Positions 1 through 9,673 of a stretch of DNA of 64,000 nt are shown here, one piece after another. The stretch spans positions 36,146 to 100,145 of the forward strand of contig JBCNUW010000004.1 of the NCBI GenBank assembly GCA_039630575.1. The letters are read 5' to 3'. Numbering within the stretch: position 1 is the stretch's first letter; every line of letters starts with the position of its first letter. Made by a program: the position numbers and the translations under genes. Source of the stretch: Candidatus Hydrothermales bacterium (GTDB lineage: Bacteria > Hydrothermota > Hydrothermia > Hydrothermales > JAJRUZ01). The notes below the pieces were generated by a model. That model was not told the origin of the DNA and made no database searches. It worked only from the letters and a program-made list of their open reading frames with translations.

Positions 1-1
1 C

Positions 2-841
2 CAAGAAGGGTGTGACTACACGTGCTCCTTCTGTATTGTTCCTTTAAAAAGAGGTAAATCAAGATCAATAGACCCATTTGATCTATTAAAAGAAGTTGAA
101 ATGGCTATATCAAAAGGTTACAGGGAAATAGTTCTTACTGGAACACAAATAGGAGACTATGGAAAGGAATTAGACAAAAACTTTGATCTAAAATTTTTAA
201 TTAAAGAAATTCTTAAAATTAACCAAGATTTCAGAATAAGATTATCCTCTCTACATCCATTCCATGTTAATAAAATTTATGAAATTCTGACAGAAAAAAA
301 GATAACACCTCATCTTCATATACCTCTTCAAAGTGCATCAGAAAAGGTTCTTAAAGATATGAAAAGACCTTACACGCTAAAATTTTTTGATAAAATTTTG
401 GAGAAAATTTTAAAAATAAATAGAAAATTCAGTATAGGAACAGACATTATAGTAGGTTTTCCAACAGAAAAAGAAAAAGAATTTAAGGAAACATTAGAAT
501 ACGTTGAAAATGCACCCTTTTCCTATATTCATATTTTTTCATACTCAAAAAGAGATAAAACAGAGGCTGCAAAACTAAAAGGTCTTGACCCTATGATAAT
601 AAATGAAAGAATGAAGATAATAAAAGAAATAGACTCAAAAAAAAGAATAAATTTTTTAAATTCTCTTCTTTATAATATAATAGAACCAGTTTATGAACAG
701 AGTGAAAATGAGTTTTTGAAGGGTCTTTCTGAATATGGCTTTTTAGTAAAATTCAAAGGTAACAATCTAAAAAAGGGAGAAATAACAAAAGTATACGTAC
801 ATAAAATTGAAAATACTTACCTTTTAGGTTATAAAATTTAA
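2..841 (+). CDS. mtaB: tRNA t6A37 methylthiotransferase MtaB (radical SAM), 5'-truncated by window edge
   Basis: Frame is open from base 2 and reads QEGCDYTCSFCIVP (CxxxCxxC), then EIVLTG, RIRLSS, HLHIPLQS, DIIVGFP motifs. Confidence 0.85.
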   Translation, partial: QEGCDYTCSFCIVPLKRGKSRSIDPFDLLKEVEMAISKGYREIVLTGTQIGDYGKELDKNFDLKFLIKEILKINQDFRIRLSSLHPFHVNKIYEILTEKKITPHLHIPLQSASEKVLKDMKRPYTLKFFDKILEKILKINRKFSIGTDIIVGFPTEKEKEFKETLEYVENAPFSYIHIFSYSKRDKTEAAKLKGLDPMIINERMKIIKEIDSKKRINFLNSLLYNIIEPVYEQSENEFLKGLSEYGFLVKFKGNNLKKGEITKVYVHKIENTYLLGYKI

Positions 842-844
842 ATT

Positions 845-1165
845 ATGAAAATCTTAGAAGAAATAAAGAGGGAAATTCAAGAATCCTATAAATCATTTTT
901 AAAGAATCATGTTACTTTACCTGAAGATGAAAATGAAGAGTCAGAAAAAGAGGAATTTCTCATCTTTGAAGAGGGGAAATCCTCCTTTAGCTTTGAAATA
1001 GAAACTGGCAAAGAAAAAAAAGAAGAAATAGAGGATATCTTAAATCTACTGAAAATTGGACAATATGACAAAGCTATAGAAAAAATAAGAGAGTTAAAAT
1101 CAAAAGAGACTCCGAAAATATTAACAGATGATTTAAGAATATCGAGAGACGAAATAAATCTTTAA
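845..1165 (+). CDS. hypothetical acidic protein
   Basis: 106-aa ORF 3 nt after the mtaB stop; no recognised motif. Confidence 0.6.
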   Translation: MKILEEIKREIQESYKSFLKNHVTLPEDENEESEKEEFLIFEEGKSSFSFEIETGKEKKEEIEDILNLLKIGQYDKAIEKIRELKSKETPKILTDDLRISRDEINL

Positions 1166-1167
1166 GA

Positions 1168-2019
1168 CTAAACTAATTTTTCCTCATAAAAAATTTTCTT
1201 TATAGCCTCTTCAAAATCTGTTAAAGGTATCTTTAGAATTTTTTTTATTTTCTCAGAATTTAAAACATCAACGCCCTTTCTCTTTTTAACAAACTCAACT
1301 TTAAATTCTATTCCTTTTAACTTTTCAAAAATATTTTTTATCTCCTCTACAGATTTTAAAACTCCACTACCACAATTGTAAATACCCTCTAAAGAGAGCT
1401 CCATTACACCAATTACATATTCTGCAGCATCATATGAAAATATATACTCATACCTTGCATTATAATCATCGTAGAGATAGACAGTGTCCCTTTTTTCCCT
1501 TAAAGCTTTTAGAAAATCTGCTATAGGATTTCTTTCCATAAATGGTCCAAAAATCCTTGGAAATCTGAGTGATGTAAACTTTATATTCTTTTTCTTACTT
1601 AAAACATACAAAAGACCCTCCCCTGCAAACTTCTGCGAACCGTATAAATTATTGTGAAACTTTGCCTCTTCCTCTTCTGGAAATAAATTGTTATCATAAA
1701 CACTTGCCGATGAGATGTAAATAAAATGACCACCACTTATTCGGTTAAGAATTTTAATAGGGTAAATCAAATTAACCTCTAAGGCCTCTAAATAATTTTT
1801 TTCTACTTGAAATTCTCCAGAAACAGCGGAGAGATAAACGAAATAATCAGCCTCTAAAGAAATATCAAAAAAATTATCAAAATAAAAAAATTCATCTTTA
1901 AACCAACTCTTTTTTCTCCTTGAAAACGCCTTAATTTTATAATTCTTTTCTTTTAATTTTTCATAAAGTGATCTTCCCAAAAGATCTGAAAGACCAAATA
2001 ATATAACTTTTTTTTCTAT
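1168..2019 (-). CDS. NAD-dependent epimerase/dehydratase (extended SDR); probable non-canonical ATA start at 2019
   Basis: YISSASVY, YGSQK (YxxxK), LRFPRIFGP; the first Rossmann strand KKVILFGLSDLLGR lies upstream of the TTG at 1980 in the same frame. Confidence 0.8.
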   Translation of the reverse strand: MEKKVILFGLSDLLGRSLYEKLKEKNYKIKAFSRRKKSWFKDEFFYFDNFFDISLEADYFVYLSAVSGEFQVEKNYLEALEVNLIYPIKILNRISGGHFIYISSASVYDNNLFPEEEEAKFHNNLYGSQKFAGEGLLYVLSKKKNIKFTSLRFPRIFGPFMERNPIADFLKALREKRDTVYLYDDYNARYEYIFSYDAAEYVIGVMELSLEGIYNCGSGVLKSVEEIKNIFEKLKGIEFKVEFVKKRKGVDVLNSEKIKKILKIPLTDFEEAIKKIFYEEKLV

Positions 2020-2020
2020 T

Positions 2021-2950
2021 TTAGTAATTTAAAAGAATTGCACCGAGAAGTGGTAAAAATATTTCAATATGTAAAGTAAAAGAAACTCCCTTACCACCAT
2101 CCTTTGTTGGCCTTTCAACAACATTTTGAAGGGGTCTATAATGTTGAATCTGATCAATATTGCATGCAAAAAAATTATAAACTCTATATCCAAGATTCCT
2201 TACCACTGAAAGACTTTTCAAAAAAACCTCTGGCATTAAGACAGCTGAAGCAACATTAATCACCACTCCACCTCCCTCAAGTTTAGAAAGATAACTGATA
2301 AATCTTTTAAAATCCTTTAAAGTAGTAAACCCAACCTCATCGCCCTCAAGAAAAGGAAACATATGAATTATATCAGTACCAACAGCAACATGAAAACTCA
2401 TTGGAATTTTCCTTTCATTTAAAAGACACATTAAACTTTTATCACTGTAGGGAGGACTTTTCTCTAAAAGAACTTCAGGCACAACTTCTCCCATTCCCTT
2501 TTTTTCCTTATAACCTCTTTTGAGTGCTTCATTAAAAAATTCCATAGTCTCCTTTGTCATTCCAAACTTTCCATCTCTTATAGTCTCTTCAACAAATTCA
2601 GAAGTCTCACCAAACATAGCTATCTCAAAGTCATGAATAGCAACGGCACCCTGACCAGCAAGCCAGGTAATATAACCTTCCTCTGCTAACTTTGATAAAA
2701 GAGGTGAAAGACCACATTTTATAACAGCATCACCAACCATCCATATGATCGGTTTTCTTTGATCCCTTGCATTTTTTAAATTTGAAACAAATTCCCTCAA
2801 ATCGTTAGCCTTAAAAACCGCCGGAAGATAATCAAGAAACAGAGAAAATCTATCTGGAATACTATCCTTTATAAAATGGGAAACATTTAGTTTATTCCTC
2901 CTGTCCTTTATCGATATAAGTTTTAAATTAAAAATTTCTTCTTCCTTCAT
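2021..2950 (-). CDS. deoxyhypusine-synthase-like fold protein (GSU2086-like)
   Basis: GDAVIKCGLSP, AIHDFEIAMFGETSE, HVAVGTDIIH, SAVLMPEVFLK, HYRP motifs. Confidence 0.65.
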   Translation of the reverse strand: MKEEEIFNLKLISIKDRRNKLNVSHFIKDSIPDRFSLFLDYLPAVFKANDLREFVSNLKNARDQRKPIIWMVGDAVIKCGLSPLLSKLAEEGYITWLAGQGAVAIHDFEIAMFGETSEFVEETIRDGKFGMTKETMEFFNEALKRGYKEKKGMGEVVPEVLLEKSPPYSDKSLMCLLNERKIPMSFHVAVGTDIIHMFPFLEGDEVGFTTLKDFKRFISYLSKLEGGGVVINVASAVLMPEVFLKSLSVVRNLGYRVYNFFACNIDQIQHYRPLQNVVERPTKDGGKGVSFTLHIEIFLPLLGAILLNY

Positions 2951-4230
2951 ATTATTACCTCTCCATCAAAATTGTCTTTATAGTTTATATTTAGTAAATT
3001 CAAAACTGTGGGAACAAAATCAACAATTTTAACATCATCTTTAACAATTTTTCTACCCCTTATGTATATAAAAGCATCATCAAAAGTATGGACTCCCTCT
3101 ATAGGTGAATCAACATAGGGCTCATCTAAATCAAACTCTGCTTTAAGATCATAACCCATTTCAGGTATAATAATAAAATCAGGAGCTTTACCTATAAATT
3201 CTCTTCCAAATATTTCTAATCTTTTTTTATAACCCTTTATTCCTTCATAACTTATAAGTTCATTCAAAAAATTTTCCACTTCTTCTTTTATTTCATTTTC
3301 CCAGTATAAGGCTCTTGAGAATCTTTCCTTTTTAAATAAATAAATTCTACCTGGTGCAAGCGTAAAAACTTTCGAAGTTTCAATAATGTTATTGTAATTG
3401 TAAAGTAAATCTCCTTTAAATTTTAATAAACCCTTTGATTTTAAAAAATAAAGAATATTTATACTTTTTTTCAACTCTTTAAGACCGTGATCCGAAAGGA
3501 TAATAAGCTCATCCTCCTCTTTTAAATTGTTTTCAAGAAAGGACATAATCCTTTTGTCAAGAAAAGAAAAGTAATCTTTCAATTTATAATAATCTTTAAT
3601 GAAAAAATGAAAAAGCCTGTCAGTTTCCATAATATTTAGGATAATAACATCAAAAATCTCATTTTTAATTATTTCCTCACAAACTTTGAATCTTTTATCT
3701 GTTACAGTAAATAACTCATTATAAAAAACTTTTTTCTTCTTATCATCCCTTGCCATCCATGGGTCAAGATCAATAACATATTTTTCCTTTAAAAGAAAAC
3801 TTTTCAAATTTTTTGGATAAACTGCCTTATCAATTTTTGGAGCAAGAAACCCTGAAATACAAACTGTATTTTTAACTTCAGGTGGAGGATAGGTAATAGG
3901 TAAATTTATATGTAAGACTCTTTTATTAAAATCCGATAAAATTTCAATAATGGTCTTTGTTTTAATATCTTTATAATTTGGTATAAAAAGAGTAAGATCA
4001 TCTTTTATATCAATGAACCCAAAAATTCCATGAGAACCAGGAAGTTTACCAGTTAAAAGAGTTGCCCAGGCAACTGAAGAAATGGTAGGATAAACTGAAC
4101 ACATCTTCTTTATATCACCGTCTCTGAAAATTTTTTTTAAATAGGGTGTTATATTTTTTTCGCAAAAATCAATCAATAAAGTAAAGGAAACACCATCAAG
4201 ACCTAAAACATAAAGTTTTTTTTTATTCAT
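2947..4230 (-). CDS. alkaline phosphatase superfamily / type I phosphodiesterase-nucleotide pyrophosphatase
   Basis: LGLDG, PTISSVAWATLLTGKLPGSHG, ETDRLFH, SDHG, GVH, DFVPT. Confidence 0.8.
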   Translation of the reverse strand: MNKKKLYVLGLDGVSFTLLIDFCEKNITPYLKKIFRDGDIKKMCSVYPTISSVAWATLLTGKLPGSHGIFGFIDIKDDLTLFIPNYKDIKTKTIIEILSDFNKRVLHINLPITYPPPEVKNTVCISGFLAPKIDKAVYPKNLKSFLLKEKYVIDLDPWMARDDKKKKVFYNELFTVTDKRFKVCEEIIKNEIFDVIILNIMETDRLFHFFIKDYYKLKDYFSFLDKRIMSFLENNLKEEDELIILSDHGLKELKKSINILYFLKSKGLLKFKGDLLYNYNNIIETSKVFTLAPGRIYLFKKERFSRALYWENEIKEEVENFLNELISYEGIKGYKKRLEIFGREFIGKAPDFIIIPEMGYDLKAEFDLDEPYVDSPIEGVHTFDDAFIYIRGRKIVKDDVKIVDFVPTVLNLLNINYKDNFDGEVII

Positions 4231-5335
4231 TACTAAAGTTTTCCTTTAAAACTTCAAAAACTTCTGGTCTTAAAATTTCTTTAACTAAATAAGCCCCACT
4301 CTTAAGAGCATCCCTAATTTTGGTCATACTTATATACTCTCTAAAACTATCATCATGAGGACATGTATTCTCTGAAACAATTCCATCACATTTTTTGCAT
4401 AAAAAAACAGCCTTTACCTTTATAATTTCTATACCTATATCAGGGTATTCCTCAAAAATTCTATGAGCAGCATATGGGTCATAAAAGTTCCCAACCCCTG
4501 CGTGATCCCTACCAACTATAAAATGAGTTGCGCCATAATTTTTTCTCACTATAGCATGAAAAACAGCGTCTCTTGGTCCTGCATACCTCATTGGCGTAGT
4601 AAGACCTGATAGAACTACTCTCTCTTTTGGAAAATAATTATCTATAAGCACACGATAACTTTTTAAAATTACATCATTTGAATAATCTCCCTCTTTTTTT
4701 CTTCCCAAAATTGGATGTATAAATAGACAGTCTGTTATCTCCAAGGCAATTCTTTGAAGGTATTCATGAGCTATATGGGGAGCATTTCGTGTCTGAAATG
4801 CACAAACAGTTTTAAAATTTTTTTCCTTAAAAATCTTCCTTGTTTCTTGCGGTGTAAGTTCATACATAGAGAAAGGATGTTTCGGTCTTTTAAAAAGCCA
4901 TACTTTACCTCCTATAGCATATTCTCCTTTTGATTTAAAATAAAAAACACCTGGATGCTCATTTGAATCAGTTCCAAAAACTCTTTTAGAAACATAATTT
5001 GAATCAAATCTATAAACCTCCTCAATTTCTACCATTCCGAAGATTTCATCCTTAAAAGAAACTAAAATCTCACCACTATGGGGTATTTCTTTGAATGTTT
5101 TTTCATCTATTTGTAGTATAATCGGTATAGTGAAAGGGTAATTATTTAATAATCTTCCTCTTTCACAAACACTTTCAAGTTCATCCTTTATCATAAAACC
5201 TTCAAGTGGAGTGAAGCTTCCTATTGCAATCTTTTCAAGATCGAAAAGAGTATCCTCATCAACTTCAACTTTTTTTAGATCCTTTACGATCGGGATTTCT
5301 TTGTCCTTAGGGATTAATCTTTGAACAAGTTCCAT
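4223..5335 (-). CDS. sat: sulfate adenylyltransferase
   Basis: AFQTRNAPHIAHE, MRYAGPRDAVFHAIVRKNYGATHFIVGRDHAG, C-terminal Cys cluster. Confidence 0.95.
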   Translation of the reverse strand: MELVQRLIPKDKEIPIVKDLKKVEVDEDTLFDLEKIAIGSFTPLEGFMIKDELESVCERGRLLNNYPFTIPIILQIDEKTFKEIPHSGEILVSFKDEIFGMVEIEEVYRFDSNYVSKRVFGTDSNEHPGVFYFKSKGEYAIGGKVWLFKRPKHPFSMYELTPQETRKIFKEKNFKTVCAFQTRNAPHIAHEYLQRIALEITDCLFIHPILGRKKEGDYSNDVILKSYRVLIDNYFPKERVVLSGLTTPMRYAGPRDAVFHAIVRKNYGATHFIVGRDHAGVGNFYDPYAAHRIFEEYPDIGIEIIKVKAVFLCKKCDGIVSENTCPHDDSFREYISMTKIRDALKSGAYLVKEILRPEVFEVLKENFSNE

Positions 5336-5390
5336 TTTTATTTAAAATTTGAAAAAAAAAATTTTAAAATCTTATTATATAAAATCTTAA

Positions 5391-5414
5391 TATTTGGGTT
5401 CAATACCCTAAATA
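5391..5414 (+). promoter_or_regulatory. tRNA T-arm-like leader hairpin #1 (lipoprotein-LysM operon)
   Basis: TATTTGGG-TTCAATA-CCCTAAATA; TTGAAA(5349)-N18-TATTAT(5373) upstream; core ends 21 nt before ATG 5430. Confidence 0.7.
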
Positions 5415-5429
5415 GATTGCAGGTATAAA

Positions 5430-5699
5430 ATGAGATTAAAATTAGCCCTTTTATTAGGGTTTACATTTTTGGCCCTAATTCTAAACTGTGCTCCAAAAAT
5501 GGCTTCAAAGGAAACACTACAGAGAATTGAGGAGCTTAAGGCTCAAATAGAGAAAATTAATTCGGAAATTGCTGCCTGTGAAGAAGAAAAGAAAAATCTT
5601 ACAGCAAAAAAAAGTGAAAAGATTAAACTAATCGAAAAACTGAAAGTAGAGAGAGATTCTTTAAGAACCCTTCTTGAGCTTATAAAACAGGGATATTAA
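5430..5699 (+). CDS. small coiled-coil lipoprotein
   Basis: Signal peptide ending LILNC, followed by a heptad-rich helix. Confidence 0.7.
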   Translation: MRLKLALLLGFTFLALILNCAPKMASKETLQRIEELKAQIEKINSEIAACEEEKKNLTAKKSEKIKLIEKLKVERDSLRTLLELIKQGY

Positions 5700-5711
5700 G
5701 GGGAGGGGAAA

Positions 5712-6293
5712 ATGAAAAAATTATTTATAATTCTTTCATTTACTTTTTCTCTTTTAGCTCAAGAAAAATTGACTGAAGAAAAAGCCAAAGCACAAATTGT
5801 TGAACTTCAAAATCAAATTGAAAAGTTAAAGGAAAGTTTAAATTCATGCCAGAAAGAACTCGAAGAGATGAAAAAAGAGCTTTTGCCTCTCGATAATGAA
5901 ATTACTTCAATACAGAATGAAATAAATTCTCTAAAGAATGAGTTAGCTAAGTATCCATCTGAATATGAAGTTAAAAGGGGTGACTTCCTTGCAAAAATAG
6001 CAGCATACCCTTTTATATATGGAACTCATAGGGCATGGCCAAGAATCTGGAGAGCAAACAGAGATTTGATCAAAAATCCTGATCTAATTTACCCTGGTTG
6101 GAAATTAAAAATACCACACGGACTTGACAAAACATACACTGTTATAAAAGGCGATTACTTATGGAAGATAGCAGCATTCTGGTGGATCTATAGGGATGGA
6201 AGAAAGTGGAAAGCAATTTATGAGGCAAACAAGGATAAAATAAAGGATCCAAACATTATATACCCTGGACAGGAATTCATAATTCCAAGATAA
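5712..6293 (+). CDS. secreted coiled-coil protein with two LysM peptidoglycan-binding domains
   Basis: Signal peptide; YEVKRGDFLAKIA..NPDLIYPG and YTVIKGDYLWKIA..DPNIIYPGQ; GGAGG RBS. Confidence 0.9.
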   Translation: MKKLFIILSFTFSLLAQEKLTEEKAKAQIVELQNQIEKLKESLNSCQKELEEMKKELLPLDNEITSIQNEINSLKNELAKYPSEYEVKRGDFLAKIAAYPFIYGTHRAWPRIWRANRDLIKNPDLIYPGWKLKIPHGLDKTYTVIKGDYLWKIAAFWWIYRDGRKWKAIYEANKDKIKDPNIIYPGQEFIIPR

Positions 6294-6332
6294 AGAAAAA
6301 AATAAATACATATAACATCTTTACATTTATGT

Positions 6333-7289
6333 GTGGAGATTAGAGTTTTTACTTTAAAACCTAAAAGAGTAAGAGAGATTTTAGGAATTTTAAATCAAAA
6401 TTTAAAAGTATTACAGACAAATTTCTCTGGAAAAATTACTGTGAGGGGAGAAGAAATAAAATTTGAAGGAACAAAAAAAGAATTTGAAAAATTGAAAGAT
6501 CTTTTTAAAAAACTTGAATCAAAAGCAGAGGAGGGAAAATTTTTTGAACCGGAGGAAATTGTTGAAGTTCTACATAATAAAAATTTTTTAAACGAAAGGG
6601 AAAGGGGGAAAAATGTAATTATAACACCAAAAAAAATAGTTGAACCCAAAACAGAAAATCAAATCCTCTATGTTGAAGCCTTAAGAAAATACCCGATAAC
6701 TTTTTCAATAGGTCCTGCAGGAACGGGTAAAACATACCTTGCCGTAGCTGTTGCTCTTGAAAGTCTCATGGAAGAAATGGTTGAAAGGATTATTCTAACA
6801 AGACCAGCTGTTGAAGCAGGAGAATCTCTTGGATTTTTACCTGGAAGCTTTCAGGAGAAAGTCGATCCTTACCTTAGACCCCTTTATGATGCATTGTTTG
6901 ATATGATGCCTTATGAAAGGATAAAAAAATTGATGAATACAGGTGTGATAGAAATTGCTCCACTTGCCTACATGAGGGGAAGGACACTATCAAATGCCTT
7001 TGTAATTCTTGATGAAGCACAAAATACAAACTATTTGCAGATGAAAATGTTTTTGACAAGAATGGGAATAAAAACAAAATTAGCCATAACAGGTGACGTA
7101 ACTCAGATTGATTTAAAAGAGAAGGAAGAATCAGGTCTTTTAATCGCTGAAAAAATTTTAAAAGATTTAGACGGAATTAAATTCATATACTTGGGACCAG
7201 AGGATATAATAAGACACCCTATTGTAAAATCAATAATAATTGCTTACGAAAAATATGAAGGAAAGAAAAGAGAAGGAAAAAATAGTTAG
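6333..7289 (+). CDS. phoH: PhoH family ATPase (YbeZ)
   Basis: GPAGTGKTYLA, TRPAVEAGESLGFLPG, YMRGRTL, DEAQN. Confidence 0.95.
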   Translation: MEIRVFTLKPKRVREILGILNQNLKVLQTNFSGKITVRGEEIKFEGTKKEFEKLKDLFKKLESKAEEGKFFEPEEIVEVLHNKNFLNERERGKNVIITPKKIVEPKTENQILYVEALRKYPITFSIGPAGTGKTYLAVAVALESLMEEMVERIILTRPAVEAGESLGFLPGSFQEKVDPYLRPLYDALFDMMPYERIKKLMNTGVIEIAPLAYMRGRTLSNAFVILDEAQNTNYLQMKMFLTRMGIKTKLAITGDVTQIDLKEKEESGLLIAEKILKDLDGIKFIYLGPEDIIRHPIVKSIIIAYEKYEGKKREGKNS

Positions 7290-9288
7290 AATTTTGTCTT
7301 TACTCATTTTCTCAATTTTAATAACAATACTTCTACCATTTTCTGAAAGAGAAACTTACACCATGAGAAAAGGGGAAATCCCCCAAAGGGATATAGTAGC
7401 TGATTTTACCTTTGAAATACCAAAAAGTGAAAAAGAATTAGCAAGAGAAAAAGAGGAAATACTTAAGACTTTAACACTTGTTCTATCACCTCTCGTTAGC
7501 CCATCTGTTGATATAGACCTTTTAGAACAGCAACTTCTAAGCTTTGATAAAAAAACTAAAGAAAAATTTTTAGAAGGAATAAAAAATTTTTTTACAGAAG
7601 TTAAAGACTTAGTGATAGTCGAAGAGCTTGACACAATAAAGAAACTAAATAGGGAATTTGTAATCTTACTAACACCTGAAGGTGACAAGTTTTACCCAGT
7701 AGATAAAATTCTTTCACTTCAAGAAATTAGAGATATATTAAAAAAGAGAGCTCGTGAAATTTTTCCATCTAATTTACAACTTTCCTTTTTATTTGAAGAA
7801 CTAATATCACCCTTTATATATCCGAGCTATAGGATTGATTTTGAAGAAACACAGAGGAGAGAAAGAAAATTGATTGAATCAATACAAAAAATTAAGGAAA
7901 TAGTGTATAAGGGTGAGGTAATTGCAAAAGCTGGAGAGCCAATCTCTGATACCCAAATTGAAAAACTCGAAGTAATGGAAGCTCTGAGGAGAAAAACTAT
8001 CCTGTCTAAATTTACCTTAATAATTCTGAGGTATATATTATTTTTTCTAATCATTACTTTCGCTTACTATTCACTGAGATTTATTTTCCATGAAATATAC
8101 AACAACACGAAATTACTTTTTATTACTCTTTTGAATATAATTCTTTTTTTATTAATTTCAAGTATAGTAATAAAAATTACCAGAAATCCCTTTTTTATTC
8201 CCTTTGCTTTTATTCCTTTTTTTTTCTACTTTATAACTGGCAGAAATTTTGCAATCTTGGTTACAATGATCCTATCTATTTTCTGTGCCATATACTCAGG
8301 GATGAGTCTCTTTTTGTTAATATATTTTTTATCAGTTGGCATATCAGGTATTCTAATTTCAAAATTCTTAAGAAAAAGAGTTGATCTAATCTACGGATTT
8401 TTCATGTTGTGGGTTATATCCTTAGCACTTACATTCTTTTTTAAAATTTATGTAGATTACCCATTATCAAAAAATGAAATTCTTTTAAGTTCAATTTTTT
8501 CTTCAGGACTCTCAATACTTGGTAGTATAACCTTTCTGCCATTACATGAGAAAATTTTCGGAATCACAACGGACTTTGTTTTGCTTGAACTTTCATCTCC
8601 TGATTACTTCCTTCTAAAAGAGTTAGAAAAGAAGGCTCCTGGTACCTTTGAACATTCCTTGAGAATTTCAGAATTAGCTGGAGTTGCAGCAGAAAGTATA
8701 GGTGCAAACCCCTTAATTGCAAAAGTTGGTGCCCTTTATCACGATATAGGAAAAATTGAAATGCCAGAATATTTCATTGAAAACCAAAAAAACATAAAAG
8801 AAAATCCCCACACAAAACTTTCACCGTCTCTAAGTGCGACGATAATTCGTACTCATGTTAAAAAGGGAATTGAATTAGCAAAAAAATACAGATTACCAGA
8901 AAGTATAATAAGAATAATAGAAAGACACCATGGGACTTTAGTAATGGGTTACTTTTATGAAAAGGCAAAAAAATTAAATCCCAACGTAGTTGAAGAGGAA
9001 TTCAGATATAAAAGTCCAAAACCCGAAAAAAAGGAGGAAGCCCTAATTATGCTTCTTGACGGAATTGAGGCAGCTGTTAGAAATCTTGAAAAATACAATT
9101 TTAAAAGTATTTCTGATGCTATTGACTCTGTTATAAACCATAGATTCTCAGATGGACAGTTCGACAGATGTGAAATAACAAGAAAAGATATTGAAAAAAT
9201 AAAAGAGGTAATTTTACCAAAACTTGTTCACCGTTACCACACGAGATTAGATTATCCACCACTAATTGCAAAAGAAAAAATTGTTTAA
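7255..9288 (+). CDS. 7TM-HD phosphohydrolase (PgpH/YqfF-like, putative c-di-AMP phosphodiesterase)
   Basis: Extracytoplasmic domain, TM bundle, APGTFEHS, YHDIGK, HHGT; phoH-HD-ybeY synteny; ATG at 7255 preferred over TTG 7240. Confidence 0.85.
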   Translation: MKERKEKEKIVRILSLLIFSILITILLPFSERETYTMRKGEIPQRDIVADFTFEIPKSEKELAREKEEILKTLTLVLSPLVSPSVDIDLLEQQLLSFDKKTKEKFLEGIKNFFTEVKDLVIVEELDTIKKLNREFVILLTPEGDKFYPVDKILSLQEIRDILKKRAREIFPSNLQLSFLFEELISPFIYPSYRIDFEETQRRERKLIESIQKIKEIVYKGEVIAKAGEPISDTQIEKLEVMEALRRKTILSKFTLIILRYILFFLIITFAYYSLRFIFHEIYNNTKLLFITLLNIILFLLISSIVIKITRNPFFIPFAFIPFFFYFITGRNFAILVTMILSIFCAIYSGMSLFLLIYFLSVGISGILISKFLRKRVDLIYGFFMLWVISLALTFFFKIYVDYPLSKNEILLSSIFSSGLSILGSITFLPLHEKIFGITTDFVLLELSSPDYFLLKELEKKAPGTFEHSLRISELAGVAAESIGANPLIAKVGALYHDIGKIEMPEYFIENQKNIKENPHTKLSPSLSATIIRTHVKKGIELAKKYRLPESIIRIIERHHGTLVMGYFYEKAKKLNPNVVEEEFRYKSPKPEKKEEALIMLLDGIEAAVRNLEKYNFKSISDAIDSVINHRFSDGQFDRCEITRKDIEKIKEVILPKLVHRYHTRLDYPPLIAKEKIV

Positions 9289-9673
9289 CCTTAATTTTTT
9301 TAAAACAGTAAAGAAAAAAATACCGATTAGTAAAAATGAAATTAAAAGATTAAAAAGAATTTTTAAAAAAGAAATAAAAAGCAAAAATTTAAAGATAAAG
9401 GAAATAAATGTAGTTATGGTAGGGAAAGATAGAATAAAAAGTTTAAATAAAAATTTTTTAAATAAAAACAAAAAAACTGACTGCCTTTCCTTTAACTTAG
9501 AAGAAGTAGGAGAAATTTACATATGTTCATGTTACATAAAAAACAAAACAGATTTTTTGAAACTTTTAACTCACAGCTTCTGCCATATATTAGGATATGA
9601 CCATAAAAGTAAAAATGAAAAAAAGTTTATGGAAGAAAAGGAAAAAAGCATAATTAAGAAAATTAAATTATGA
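9266..9673 (+). CDS. ybeY: rRNA maturation endoribonuclease YbeY
   Basis: TDCLSF, GEIYI, HSFCHILGYDH zinc motif; start uncertain. Confidence 0.85.
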   Translation: MQKKKLFNLNFFKTVKKKIPISKNEIKRLKRIFKKEIKSKNLKIKEINVVMVGKDRIKSLNKNFLNKNKKTDCLSFNLEEVGEIYICSCYIKNKTDFLKLLTHSFCHILGYDHKSKNEKKFMEEKEKSIIKKIKL

